Assembly: GCA_963813815.1 (NCBI GenBank)
Contig: CAWFAD010000005.1
Location: 32,001 to 96,000, forward strand
DNA: 64,000 nucleotides
Source of the DNA: an uncultured bacterium
GTDB lineage: Bacteria > Krumholzibacteriota > Krumholzibacteriia > Krumholzibacteriales > Krumholzibacteriaceae
Direction of reading: 5' to 3'
In this document: in pieces, positions 1 to 9,442 of the stretch
Layout of the letters: every line of letters begins with the position of its first letter
How positions within the stretch are numbered: the first letter of the stretch is position 1
Program-made: the position numbers and the translations under genes
The notes under the pieces: model-generated
What the model saw: only the letters and a program-made list of their open reading frames with translations
What the model was told of the DNA's origin: nothing
Database searches by the model: none

Positions 1-191
1 GGCCCGCGGCGCGCGAGATGCGCGCCCGCGTCGCCTCCTGCTCGCGGAACTGCTGGATGACCGGCACGGCCGTCCCCGCCATGCGCCGCCGGATCTGGAT
101 ACCGGCGCTCTGGGTGGCGAGGGCCAAGCTCCGGCTCTGGACGGGCCGAAACGCCGTCTGCCGCGAAGCGAACCCGGCGGGCGATTCATGA
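1..191 (+). CDS. C-terminal fragment of a probable radical SAM/SPASM-type protein (polysaccharide-locus type), truncated by window edge
   Basis: Frame 3 reads ...EMRARVASCSRNCWMTGTAVPAMRRRIWIPALWV...GDS*; the CxxxCWM pattern resembles a SPASM C-terminus; the stop overlaps the next ATG (ATGA 188-191). Confidence 0.55.
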   Translation, partial: PAAREMRARVASCSRNCWMTGTAVPAMRRRIWIPALWVARAKLRLWTGRNAVCREANPAGDS

Positions 192-1309
192 ACATCGCGA
201 TACTCGGGATCAAGGGAGTGCCGGGGCATCACGGCGTCGAGGTCGTCGTCGATTCGCTCATCCCCCATCTCGTCTCTCTCGGACACCGCCTCACGGTGTA
301 CGGATACGCGAGCTACGCGAAGGATTCGGACGATTACGCGGGGGCCCGCGTGCGGACCGTTCGCGGCATCGATTCGAAGAACCTCGAAATGATCTCCCAC
401 ATGTGGCTCGCCTCGCTCGCGGCCCGCCGCGAGCGATACGACGTCGTTCACATTCACAGCACCGACCCGTGTCTCCTCGCCTGGCTTCCCGGCCCGCGAC
501 TGGGGCTCGTCGCCACGTCCCACGGCCAGGCGTACATCCGCAAGAAATGGAGCCGCGCGGCGCGCGTCATGTCGAAAGCCGCCGAGCGCCTCTACATCCG
601 GATCCCCGACGCCGTGACGTGCGTGTCGCGCCCCCTCTGCGATCTCTATCGCGAGCGGTACCGCCGCGAGGTGCTGTACATACCGAACGGGATCACATTC
701 CACGAGCCGCCCGACGAATCCTCGCTGGCCTCGTGGAATCTCCCGCCGCGCGGTTATCTCTTCGCCTCGGCGGGACGCATCGAGCGCACGAAGGGGCTCA
801 GCACGCTCATCGAAGCCTACCGGCTCTCCGGCACGACCCTCCCTCTCGTCATTGCCGGCGGCGGGAGCGCCACCGACACTCGCTATTTCGAGGAGCTCAA
901 GGCGGCGAAACCCGACGGCGTACGCTTCGTCGGGTTTCTCACCGGAGAGGCGTACCACGCCCTCTACGCCCACGCGCGGGCGTTCATATTTCCCTCCGAA
1001 TACGAGGCGATGTCGATGGCCCTGCTCGAGGGCCTCTCTTTCGGCGTCCCGACCATCTACAGCGACATTCCCGAGAACGAAGCGGTCGCGCGTGGCATCG
1101 GATACGCCTTCGCCGTTTCGAACGCCGCCTCCCTCGCCGAGCGGATCTCCCACGTGATCGATAACGACGCCGAGGCCCGCTCGCTCGCGGCGGCGGCGCG
1201 CGAGACCGTCCGCCGCAACCACGACTGGTCCGCCATCGCCCGGCGATACGACAAGGTGTATCGCTCGGTCGCGGAGGGTCGGACCGCGCGCCCGATCGTT
1301 TCCCGCTGA
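188..1309 (+). CDS. Glycosyltransferase family 4 (GT-B)
   Basis: N-terminal MNIAILGIKGVP..HHGVE, GRIERTKG, and PSEYEAMSMALLEGLSFG (ExxxxxxxE motif). Confidence 0.9.
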   Translation: MNIAILGIKGVPGHHGVEVVVDSLIPHLVSLGHRLTVYGYASYAKDSDDYAGARVRTVRGIDSKNLEMISHMWLASLAARRERYDVVHIHSTDPCLLAWLPGPRLGLVATSHGQAYIRKKWSRAARVMSKAAERLYIRIPDAVTCVSRPLCDLYRERYRREVLYIPNGITFHEPPDESSLASWNLPPRGYLFASAGRIERTKGLSTLIEAYRLSGTTLPLVIAGGGSATDTRYFEELKAAKPDGVRFVGFLTGEAYHALYAHARAFIFPSEYEAMSMALLEGLSFGVPTIYSDIPENEAVARGIGYAFAVSNAASLAERISHVIDNDAEARSLAAAARETVRRNHDWSAIARRYDKVYRSVAEGRTARPIVSR

Positions 1310-1347
1310 TCGTCGATGAATTGCGCGCGAGGAGAAGCGGCGGCCGC

Positions 1348-1881
1348 CTAGCGCTTGAAGATCAGAATCTCGCTCAATGGGCGGCGGGATTTTTCCGGGG
1401 GGTTTTCATCCGGATAGCCGAGCGTGATGAGGGCCGGCACGTCGTAGGCGGCCGGGATGCCGAGAACCTTTCGAACGGCCTTCTTGTCGAACCACCCGAT
1501 CCAGCAGGTGCCGAGCCCGAGCTCCGTCGCTCGAAGCACGAAATGCTCCCCCGCTATGCCCGCGTCGAGCACGTGATAATCGATCCCCTTGATGCGCCCG
1601 CCGAGTCGATTCGTGACGACACCGAGCTTCATGGCGATCGCGATGATCACCGGAGCGCCGGCCGCGAATTTGTTCGGGACGATCCCGCCGAGACATTCAT
1701 CGGCGACCCTTCCGGCGAGCCCTCCCTCGGCGACATAGAACCGCCAGCCCTGCGTGTTCGACGCGGTCGGGGCGTAGCGGGCGGCATCCACGCATGATTC
1801 GACGAGCTCCCGCGGCACCGGATCGCTCCGGTACCTGCGAACGCTGCGCCGAGCCTCAACGAGTCGGGTAAATGATTCCAT
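1348..1881 (-). CDS. Nitroreductase family protein
   Basis: RRSVRRY, APTASNTQGW, LGLGTCWIG, LGYP; start set at MESFTR. Confidence 0.9.
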   Translation of the reverse strand: MESFTRLVEARRSVRRYRSDPVPRELVESCVDAARYAPTASNTQGWRFYVAEGGLAGRVADECLGGIVPNKFAAGAPVIIAIAMKLGVVTNRLGGRIKGIDYHVLDAGIAGEHFVLRATELGLGTCWIGWFDKKAVRKVLGIPAAYDVPALITLGYPDENPPEKSRRPLSEILIFKR

Positions 1882-1894
1882 ATTTCTTTCTTGC

Positions 1895-1923
1895 AGTATG
1901 TTAGAACGTTTATCTAATGTCAC
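1895..1923 (-). promoter_or_regulatory. Putative sigma70 promoter of the nitroreductase with a palindromic operator in its spacer
   Basis: Minus strand GTGACA-17nt-CATACT; the spacer is TTAGATAAACGTTCTAA (TTAGA/TCTAA arms). Confidence 0.45.
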
Positions 1924-3332
1924 TTCGAGGCGTCGAAGGCCCTCTTGCGCGCATCGAAGGCGTCCTTGCCGGCCAGCAGGGCCGCGGCCACCGGAAGCCT
2001 GCGGGAGGCGATTCGGCACATCTCGTCCGCGATCTCTCGAATCTCCCACTGCGCCGCCCCGTCGCATCGCAGGCGGGAAAAATGGTAGAGCTCGCGGAGG
2101 TTGCAGGCGAAGAGAACGCGCCGCCGGTGCGCGTTCGTGAGGACGTAGAGCGCGGCCATGCCGAGAGCCCTATGGTGCAGGCGATAGAATTTTTCGGCCG
2201 CCTTCGTCCCCGCGCGAAGCATCCCCGCCGCGCCCGCCGCCCTTACCCTCGACGGCGCGGATACGCCGAGCGAGATATCGTAATCCTGCGGCAAGAGCGC
2301 GGCCATGCGGTGCCGCTTGAGCTGAGCGTAGCACGAAGCCGACACGACGAGATCGAAGATGAGCTCGACGCATTCGAACTCGCGCCAGACGGCGTCATGG
2401 GGCCCGAGACGGCGCATGGTCGTTCGTATGACGCACGCGATCGACCGGGCCGGGAGGCGCCCCGCCGCGCTCTCCGCCTCCGCCATCGACAAGCCGCCGG
2501 CCGAATAGAGAAGACACGCCGCAAGCTTTCTCTCGGCGCCGGGGGTCATCGACGCGAGCGCGACCCGCCCGGCCTCGGCGCGCCGGACGCCGCGGCGGCG
2601 CCTCGCGATCGCGGCGATCTCGCGCCGCGCATCGGGCATTTCCCGGCAATGCTCCGTGGGCGCCGGATAGCGGATGAGCGAGGGAACGATCGGCTTCGAC
2701 ACCCGGAAGAGCCCGCGCGACAGGGTGCGAAGCTCCGCGAGAGGGTGCGCCGCGAGCCGCATGATCACGTACTCGAGCTCTCGCGCGTTCACCGTCATGC
2801 CGAGCTGCGTCGAGGTCGCGAGCGGCATGAGGTAGCGCGCGTCCTCTTTCGCGGCGCCCTCCTCGACTCCGGCGGAGGCGATCCGCCGGTACGTCTCTTC
2901 GTACCGCTCGTGGAGCCCCCGGACGACGGAGCGAAACTCCCGCGCGAGCCCCGCCGCGCGTATCTCGGGGGGCAGAACGAGATCGCGCCCGAGGCGGATG
3001 TATCGCTGCGATTTTTCGGTGAAGGAAGCGAGACGAAAACGCTCGATCTCTTCGACGGCGAGACGCGAGATCCCCGTGACGTCGAAGTTGAGAACGGCGT
3101 GCTCGGCGACGGAGGCGTGGCCGAGCCCGAAGACGATGCGCTCGTTCGAGCGCCGGGCCTTGGCCACGTCGCGCATCGCCTCGGCCCGCAGCGCGCCGAC
3201 GGGGCGCGCGTCGCGGCTGATGCGGGCGTAGGAGGCGGAAAGCACCTCCGGAGTCACGCCCTCCCCCTCGCGTCGCCGCGCGCGGTCGAGGATCGAGGAG
3301 TCGACGTTGTAACCGGCGAGAACCACCTTCAT
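1920..3332 (-). CDS. thyX: FAD-dependent thymidylate synthase, two-domain (tandem ThyX) form
   Basis: GHASVAEHA, RFRLASFTEKSQRY, EDARYLMP, NAREL; the second half has QLKRHR and NLRELYHFSRLR..AQWEIR; start MKVVLAGY. Confidence 0.85.
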   Translation of the reverse strand: MKVVLAGYNVDSSILDRARRREGEGVTPEVLSASYARISRDARPVGALRAEAMRDVAKARRSNERIVFGLGHASVAEHAVLNFDVTGISRLAVEEIERFRLASFTEKSQRYIRLGRDLVLPPEIRAAGLAREFRSVVRGLHERYEETYRRIASAGVEEGAAKEDARYLMPLATSTQLGMTVNARELEYVIMRLAAHPLAELRTLSRGLFRVSKPIVPSLIRYPAPTEHCREMPDARREIAAIARRRRGVRRAEAGRVALASMTPGAERKLAACLLYSAGGLSMAEAESAAGRLPARSIACVIRTTMRRLGPHDAVWREFECVELIFDLVVSASCYAQLKRHRMAALLPQDYDISLGVSAPSRVRAAGAAGMLRAGTKAAEKFYRLHHRALGMAALYVLTNAHRRRVLFACNLRELYHFSRLRCDGAAQWEIREIADEMCRIASRRLPVAAALLAGKDAFDARKRAFDASK

Positions 3333-3345
3333 GGCCGGCCCCCGA

Positions 3346-6300
3346 TCAAAAACTGAAGAGCACGCTCCCGAACCATTTCCATTGCTTCCCCTCGTAGACC
3401 GTCGTGAACTCGTACGGTTTCGTATACACGATCTCGTCGATCCCATAGGCGCCCTCGAGCTCGAGCGCGATGGGGTAGCTGTGAAAGGTGAATCCCTTGA
3501 GCCGCAGCTCGAACCCCGCGTCGCGCTTCAGACGATCCACGTCGAAGGCGTCTCCGACCCACGCGTCCCCCGCCTCGAAAAAGGCGCCCGCGTAGAGCGA
3601 ACCGAGATAGAGGGGCGACACCTGCCGGTCGATGCCGCGCCAGACGGGGAATCGGTAGGTGAGGCGCGCCATGGCGATCCTCTCTCCTCCGAGACTGTAG
3701 TAGGTGTACCCGCGGAGCCCCTCGGCGCTCCCGGCATAAAGATAAAAGAAATCGTCAATCCGGTCGCTGCTTTCGAGGGCGGCGCCCCGCAGGCGCAGCG
3801 ACAGCGCATGACGCCAGAAGGGGAGCGGCAAGTGCTCCTCGTACTGCATCTGAAAACGCCAGAAGTCGTTCGTATCGTAGCTCGGCATGAAGCCGTACTC
3901 GAACCCCGCCTCCAGCTTGTCCCACGCCCGCGTAATCTCGAGGTCGACGCTTCGCCCGCCGCGGGGATTGATGTCCGCGTCCACCTCGCGCCGTATCCCC
4001 CGGTAATGGTAGAGAAGCGACGCCTCGTCCGCTTTAAAGTAGTTCCATCCCCCTTCCCCCTTGAACTCGCGCTGATCGAGAAGCGCCCAGAGCTCGATAT
4101 TGACACCGTACTCCCCGTGGTTGTACTGGAGCACGGCCTCGTTCCGGGCAAAAGGCGTCGTCGGTCTGAACTCCAGCCCGCAGGTGAAATACGCGTCCCA
4201 GAGATCGTAGCGGATGTCGAAATCGACCGCCGATTCGACGCCGGGATCGATCTCGGGGTCGAGCTCGATATTGTCGCGGTAGCTGTAGTATTTCCGGATC
4301 CGGTAGAGCTCGAACCCGAAGGTCGGCTTGAACTGCCGGGTGGCGATCGACAGGTTGAAATCGAAATCGCCGTTCGTCCCGTACGTGAAGCCGCCGAACA
4401 CCGTCTGCCGGTCGAGAAGGTCTCCCGAATCGACGAACGCGCCCGCGCGGAACACCCCGTCGTAGATCATGACGCGCGGATAGACGAAAAGCCTCGTGAA
4501 GGTGATTCCGAAAGGCGTGGAATCGGCCGCGGTGCGACCGTCTGCCCCCTCCGGGGTCGAGGCGATCGCGAGACGCGCGCTCATGAGCGCCTCCGCTTCG
4601 TCCCCGGGAACCGCTCCCGCCGCCCCCGAGCGCCAGTCGGCGAGCCGGAATATCTGGAATCCCGCCTCCCCGTATCCGGAATAGACGAGACCCTTCCCGC
4701 AGGGCGCGGGGCCGAAGGCGCCTCCGACGACGTTCGTCACCATGAGATCGGTCGAATCCGCCGCCCCGCGGAAATAGACGTTGAAAATGCCCGTCCGATC
4801 GCTCGCGTAGAAAAATCCGTCGCCGCCGACGTTCCACCGCGGATCGCGCTCGTCGGCCGCCCCCGCCACGAGCGGCGACTCCGCGCCGGTCGCGGGGTCG
4901 ACGAGAACGATGTCGCGGCTCGAGCCGTCGAAACGCGCCGCGAGGATGCCCCCCTCTCCCCACGAGAGGGACGAGTACTCTCTCCCGTGCGCCGCCGGCG
5001 TGAGGAGCCGGTGTGCGCCCGTCGCCGCGGCGACCACGGCAATGCGGTGCGATCCCGTTTCGGTGACGACACAGGCTATGCTCGCGCCGTCGGGCGACCA
5101 GGCAGGATACGAGGCGCGAAGCCCCCTCGTGAGCCTGCGCTCCTTCCCGGAGGCGACGTCGAGGACGAAGAGATCGCTCCGCAGGTAGCCGCGCTCGTTC
5201 TTCCGGGTGGTTCTCGGAAAACAGATCCGAGCGCCCTCGGGGCTCACATCCGCGCGCGCGCCGGCGTCGGCGACGACCGTTTTCTCCGCGCCGTCGGCTC
5301 CCCGCCGAACGATATCGAGGCTCATGTAGTCGCGGCCCCTGTTCGAAAGATACCAAACGCCCCCGTCCGGATCGACCGCGGGAAACAGGTTGAGAAATCC
5401 CTTTCCCGCGATCCGCTCCCCGGCCGTCTCCCGCGAGCGCACCCGCGCGGCGGCGGGATCGTAAACCGCTCGAAGATCCTCCAGCCAGAGGCGGTAGAGC
5501 TCCTTCGCTCCGACACCGAGCGCCTTCTCGCACGCACCGCCGATACCCCACGTTCGCGTGCCGGAATACGCCGTCGCCAGCGCGCAGAGCTTCTCCGGGC
5601 CGAAACGCTCCGCCATGAAGCGGACGAGCGAATACCCCTGATTATAGACGAGCTCGGACCGGCGGCTGTCCTTGCCGAAGACCCCCATCTCGTCGAGCGT
5701 GAGCAATCCGCCCGAGAGATACGCCGAGCGCAGCAGCATATCCCGGTGCGAGTCCCAAAAATCGTGACGCGCCTTGCCGCATTGATACTGGGCCATGCCC
5801 TCGGCGAGCCAGTTCGGCGCCGTCTCGCCCGGGATCGGAACGGATACCATGAGGTTCGGATACCCCGTGAGAACGTCCGGCCGCTTTTCCTTTTCGAAAT
5901 CGATCGTCTGGAAATAACCCGAGGGCAGCCAGATGGGAAACTTCATCGTCTTTTGCAGCGAAACGAGGTGCGTGAACTCGTGGGCGACGACGTTCTCGAT
6001 CCACGCCGCCGAACCGCGGAACCAGAAGTCGTAGGGAGCCACGCTGATGTCGACCCGGTTGAGATAGTAATAGGTGGTGCCCTGCGCGTCATCCTCGAGA
6101 TCGGAGATGTTGATAAAGATCCGGGGGTCCGGCTCGTATCCGTAGAGCGCGGTGATGGGGCCGTATATCGATTCGGCGATTTCCGCCACGCGCGCCGCAT
6201 GCCATTCGAGGCCGGGATGATACTGAACGCTGAAATGCTCCGTTTGAATCGTCAGCCAGCGAATCTCGGAGTGGTTCCAGGCGAGCGTTCGCGCGGGAGC

Positions 6301-6363
6301 GAGCTGCGCCGCGATCATAACGGCCCCGAGCAATCCGACGCGTACCGAATGCTTCAAACCCAT
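3346..6363 (-). CDS. Secreted/outer-membrane protein: zincin-like domain + TolB/PD40-like beta-propeller + Omp85-like C-terminal barrel
   Basis: Signal peptide; HEFTH..WLAEG; repeats YPAWSPDG, DVSPEG, DPRWN; LRGY near the C-terminus; ends ..VLFSF (terminal Phe). Confidence 0.7.
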   Translation of the reverse strand: MGLKHSVRVGLLGAVMIAAQLAPARTLAWNHSEIRWLTIQTEHFSVQYHPGLEWHAARVAEIAESIYGPITALYGYEPDPRIFINISDLEDDAQGTTYYYLNRVDISVAPYDFWFRGSAAWIENVVAHEFTHLVSLQKTMKFPIWLPSGYFQTIDFEKEKRPDVLTGYPNLMVSVPIPGETAPNWLAEGMAQYQCGKARHDFWDSHRDMLLRSAYLSGGLLTLDEMGVFGKDSRRSELVYNQGYSLVRFMAERFGPEKLCALATAYSGTRTWGIGGACEKALGVGAKELYRLWLEDLRAVYDPAAARVRSRETAGERIAGKGFLNLFPAVDPDGGVWYLSNRGRDYMSLDIVRRGADGAEKTVVADAGARADVSPEGARICFPRTTRKNERGYLRSDLFVLDVASGKERRLTRGLRASYPAWSPDGASIACVVTETGSHRIAVVAAATGAHRLLTPAAHGREYSSLSWGEGGILAARFDGSSRDIVLVDPATGAESPLVAGAADERDPRWNVGGDGFFYASDRTGIFNVYFRGAADSTDLMVTNVVGGAFGPAPCGKGLVYSGYGEAGFQIFRLADWRSGAAGAVPGDEAEALMSARLAIASTPEGADGRTAADSTPFGITFTRLFVYPRVMIYDGVFRAGAFVDSGDLLDRQTVFGGFTYGTNGDFDFNLSIATRQFKPTFGFELYRIRKYYSYRDNIELDPEIDPGVESAVDFDIRYDLWDAYFTCGLEFRPTTPFARNEAVLQYNHGEYGVNIELWALLDQREFKGEGGWNYFKADEASLLYHYRGIRREVDADINPRGGRSVDLEITRAWDKLEAGFEYGFMPSYDTNDFWRFQMQYEEHLPLPFWRHALSLRLRGAALESSDRIDDFFYLYAGSAEGLRGYTYYSLGGERIAMARLTYRFPVWRGIDRQVSPLYLGSLYAGAFFEAGDAWVGDAFDVDRLKRDAGFELRLKGFTFHSYPIALELEGAYGIDEIVYTKPYEFTTVYEGKQWKWFGSVLFSF

Positions 6364-6533
6364 TCTCTCAACCTCGCCCCGAGCTCTTGTGCAGGGGTGA
6401 CGCCCGCCCGCAGGCATCCCGGATGGAAAGCGGCGCACTTCCGACGCGAGAAATATAGCTCATCGCCATCCGCTCTTCCGCCATTATTTTGATCGCCCCC
6501 CCCCGGGGACGCGCGCGCCCCGCCCCCGCTCTC

Positions 6534-7637
6534 TCACCGATCCGTCCGGCGGTAGGCGAACCGCGCCCGGCAGGTGCCCTCGCTCGAAACCATGCACGGC
6601 CCGAAGGGATCCTTCGGCGTGCAGGAGCGGCCGAAGAGGCCGCATTCCTCGGGCTCGATCTCTCCGAGCATGACGCGATGGCATTGGCAGCCCGGACGGA
6701 CGTCGACCGCCTCGCCCTCCGTCGAAAGGCCGAGAGAGCGGACGGCGTCGAGATGCCCGTACTCCTCCCGCAGCGCGAGACCGGACGCCGGAATGACGCC
6801 GATGCCCCGCCACGTCGCGTCCGCAGGGGCGAAACAGCGGTCGATCGTCCCGCGCGCCCTCGGGTTCCCCTCGTCGCGAACCGCCCGCCGGTACTCGTTC
6901 AACACCTCCGGCCTCCCGCCTTCGGCTATCCGCGCGAGGAGCGCGTGCACCCCCCGCAGGATATCCACGGGCTCGAAACCGGCGATGACCGACGGAACGC
7001 CGAACTCCTCATCGAGAAAGCGGTAGCCGCTGCGTCCTATGATGACGCTCACGTGGCCCGGAAGGACGAACCCGTCGATCCTCCCCGGCCCGCGCGCGAG
7101 AAGGAAGCGCAGCGCCGGAGGAATCACGCGAAGGGACGGAATGATGAAGAAATTCCGAGGAGGATCCGCCGCCAGCGCCGCGGCGATCGGCGCCGCGGTC
7201 GTCTCGAAGCCGACGGCCATGAGCACGACGGACGCGCCGGGACGCTCGCGCGCAATCGCGATCGCGTCGGACGGCGAATAAACGACCCGGACGTCGGCTC
7301 CCTCGGCGCGCGCCCGCTCGAGGGAGCCCTCCGTCGCCGGAACGCGCATCATGTCGCCGAAGGTCGCGAGAACGGTGTTCTCGCGGCGCGCCGCAGCCAT
7401 CGCGCGATCGACGTCGCGCGCCGGACACACGCAGACGGGGCAACCCGGTCCCGCGATGAGGCGCACGCCGCCGGGCAGGAGCGAGCGGATGCCGGCGCGC
7501 GCGATGGCGTGCTCGTGCGTGCCGCACACGTGCATGAGGGTGATCGCGCGGTCGACACGGAGCGCCCCTATGGCGCGGGCGATCGCGGCCACCGCCTCCG
7601 GGGAGCTCCATCCGTCGATCGCGCGCGGATCGATCAC
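6534..7637 (-). CDS. hypD: Hydrogenase maturation protein HypD
   Basis: HVCGTHE, GPGCPVC, GFETT, PGHVS, GPCMVSSEGTC. Confidence 0.95.
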   Translation of the reverse strand: MIDPRAIDGWSSPEAVAAIARAIGALRVDRAITLMHVCGTHEHAIARAGIRSLLPGGVRLIAGPGCPVCVCPARDVDRAMAAARRENTVLATFGDMMRVPATEGSLERARAEGADVRVVYSPSDAIAIARERPGASVVLMAVGFETTAAPIAAALAADPPRNFFIIPSLRVIPPALRFLLARGPGRIDGFVLPGHVSVIIGRSGYRFLDEEFGVPSVIAGFEPVDILRGVHALLARIAEGGRPEVLNEYRRAVRDEGNPRARGTIDRCFAPADATWRGIGVIPASGLALREEYGHLDAVRSLGLSTEGEAVDVRPGCQCHRVMLGEIEPEECGLFGRSCTPKDPFGPCMVSSEGTCRARFAYRRTDR

Positions 7638-7870
7638 GCCGGGCCTTCCCCCCTCCCGGCCTCGTAGACCCGCCGGATGAGATCGAGCGTCTCGAGCGCC
7701 TCGCGCTCGTCGATGCGCTCGATGGCGTAGCCGGCGTGGATGAGGACGTAATCGCCGATCGCCACGTTATCGATCAAATCGAGGCGGATGCGTTTCCGCA
7801 CCGAGCTGCTCGCCGCGACGGCGTCGTTGCCGTCGCGCTCGACGATCAGCATGGGAATTCCGAGACACAT
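7634..7870 (-). CDS. hypC: Hydrogenase chaperone HypC
   Basis: Starts MCLGIP; GDYVLIHAGYAI. Confidence 0.95.
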   Translation of the reverse strand: MCLGIPMLIVERDGNDAVAASSSVRKRIRLDLIDNVAIGDYVLIHAGYAIERIDEREALETLDLIRRVYEAGRGEGPA

Positions 7871-8532
7871 CAGCGTCCCCCCGCCGAGGCGGCGAATCGC
7901 TCGACCCAGGCCTCGAATCGATCGAGCCCCTCTCCGGTCACGCACGAAAGCTCGACGATGTCGAGACGCGGCTGTATTTCGAGCGCCTCGCGCCGCGCCT
8001 TCGCGACGTCGAACGAAACGTGGGGCAGCAGGTCGATCTTGTTCAGCACGAGAAGCTGCGCCTCGTGAAACATGAGGGGATACTTCTTCGGTTTGTCGTC
8101 CCCCTCCGAAACGCTCAGCAGCATCACGCGGGCGTCCTCCCCGAGATCGAACTCCGCCGGACAGACGAGGTTCCCCACGTTCTCGATGAGCAAAAGATCG
8201 ATCGCGTCGAGATCGAATCGGTGGAGCGCCGAGTGCACCATCGCCGCGTCGAGATGGCACACGCCGCCCGTCTGTATCTGGTACACCGGAACGCCGAGGG
8301 CCGCGACGCGCTCGGCGTCGGCGGTTCCTTGAATGTCCCCCTCGATGACGCCCACGGCCCGATGCTTCGCGAGCAGGGGGATGGCGCGGACGAGGAGCGA
8401 CGTTTTGCCGGCCCCCGGAGCGCTCATGAGATTGAGCGTCGCGACGCCGTGGGAACGCAGATGCTCTCGGTTCTCCGCCGCGATCACCCGGTTCCGGTCC
8501 CGCAGATCCTCTCCGATCCGTATTTCGTGCAT
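7870..8532 (-). CDS. hypB: Hydrogenase nickel-insertion GTPase HypB
   Basis: SAPGAGKT, IEGD, CHLDA, ENVGNLVCPA, NKIDL; start MHEIRIG. Confidence 0.95.
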   Translation of the reverse strand: MHEIRIGEDLRDRNRVIAAENREHLRSHGVATLNLMSAPGAGKTSLLVRAIPLLAKHRAVGVIEGDIQGTADAERVAALGVPVYQIQTGGVCHLDAAMVHSALHRFDLDAIDLLLIENVGNLVCPAEFDLGEDARVMLLSVSEGDDKPKKYPLMFHEAQLLVLNKIDLLPHVSFDVAKARREALEIQPRLDIVELSCVTGEGLDRFEAWVERFAASAGGR

Positions 8533-8543
8533 CGCCCCTTCCT

Positions 8544-8915
8544 CTATTCCTTCGCGCTCTCGTCCCCCGGCTCGTCGTCCGTCAGGATGTAGTCGACTTC
8601 CATTTCCCGTCCGCCGAGAATATCGATCTCGGTCGAGCCGCACCTCTCGCAGGCGAAAACGAAATTTGCCGGCCGCGCCTCCGCCGCGCACCCCCGGCAC
8701 CGGACGCGGAGCGGAACGCTCTCGCATTCGAGACGACCGCCCTGGGCGACGGTGCCCGGCGCGAGCGCCTCGAAGGCGAAGCTCAGCGCGTCGATATTGA
8801 CCCCGGCCATCTCGCCGATGCGCAGATGCACGACGCGGACGCGCTCGCCGCCCGCCTCGCGAGCCGCGCGCCCGACGATGGCGAGCAGATTTCCCATGAG
8901 AGCGGTTTCATGCAT
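8544..8915 (-). CDS. hypA: Hydrogenase nickel chaperone HypA
   Basis: Starts MHE; two CxxC (CRGC, CERC); GREM. Confidence 0.93.
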   Translation of the reverse strand: MHETALMGNLLAIVGRAAREAGGERVRVVHLRIGEMAGVNIDALSFAFEALAPGTVAQGGRLECESVPLRVRCRGCAAEARPANFVFACERCGSTEIDILGGREMEVDYILTDDEPGDESAKE

Positions 8916-9414
8916 TCGGCCGCTTCCGTTCGCCGAGCCCGCGCGATACGCGCGTCGAGGCACGCCCCAAAACCTCCCCCGCGATCTCCTCGACGAGTCC
9001 CGGCAGCGCCCCGGCGACGGCCTCCGTGCACTCTTCGCCGAGCGTCAGCGCGTCGGCCACCTGCACGGCGTACACCTTCACCTCGGCCGGCATCGCCAGT
9101 CCGAGCCGGCGCCCGAGCGCGAGCGCGGTCACGAGATCGATGTCGTGGAGGGAGGCGAGCCTCGCGGTGATGCGGAGATCGTCGGGCTCGAGGCGGAAGA
9201 CGGTTCCCGGATCCTCTCCCTCGAGCTGGATCGAGTCGATGATAAAAGCGCGGTCGTACCCGCGCAGCAGCTCGACGAGATCGAGCCCCGCGCTCGCCGA
9301 TTCGCGGCAATCGGCGGCGCCGTCGACCCGGCCGGCGAGCGCCCGGACGGCGTACACGCCGACGCCGTCGTCCCGGAGAATGGTGTTGCCGAGACCGAGA
9401 ATGAGCGTTTTCAC
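8908..9414 (-). CDS. Hydrogenase maturation endopeptidase (HycI/HybD family)
   Basis: LGLGNTILRDDGVG, IIDS, SLHD; immediately downstream of the large subunit. Confidence 0.9.
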   Translation of the reverse strand: MKTLILGLGNTILRDDGVGVYAVRALAGRVDGAADCRESASAGLDLVELLRGYDRAFIIDSIQLEGEDPGTVFRLEPDDLRITARLASLHDIDLVTALALGRRLGLAMPAEVKVYAVQVADALTLGEECTEAVAGALPGLVEEIAGEVLGRASTRVSRGLGERKRPNA

Positions 9415-9442
9415 GATCGCCCCCCCTGCCGCCGCGCTCCTC

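Noticed and set aside
3331..6492. Very long antisense ORFs (e.g. 3331..6492+, 35487..38510+, 54630..57191-, 39788..42160+)
   Set aside because: They are shadow ORFs opposite recognisable genes, expected at high GC3, and carry no motifs.
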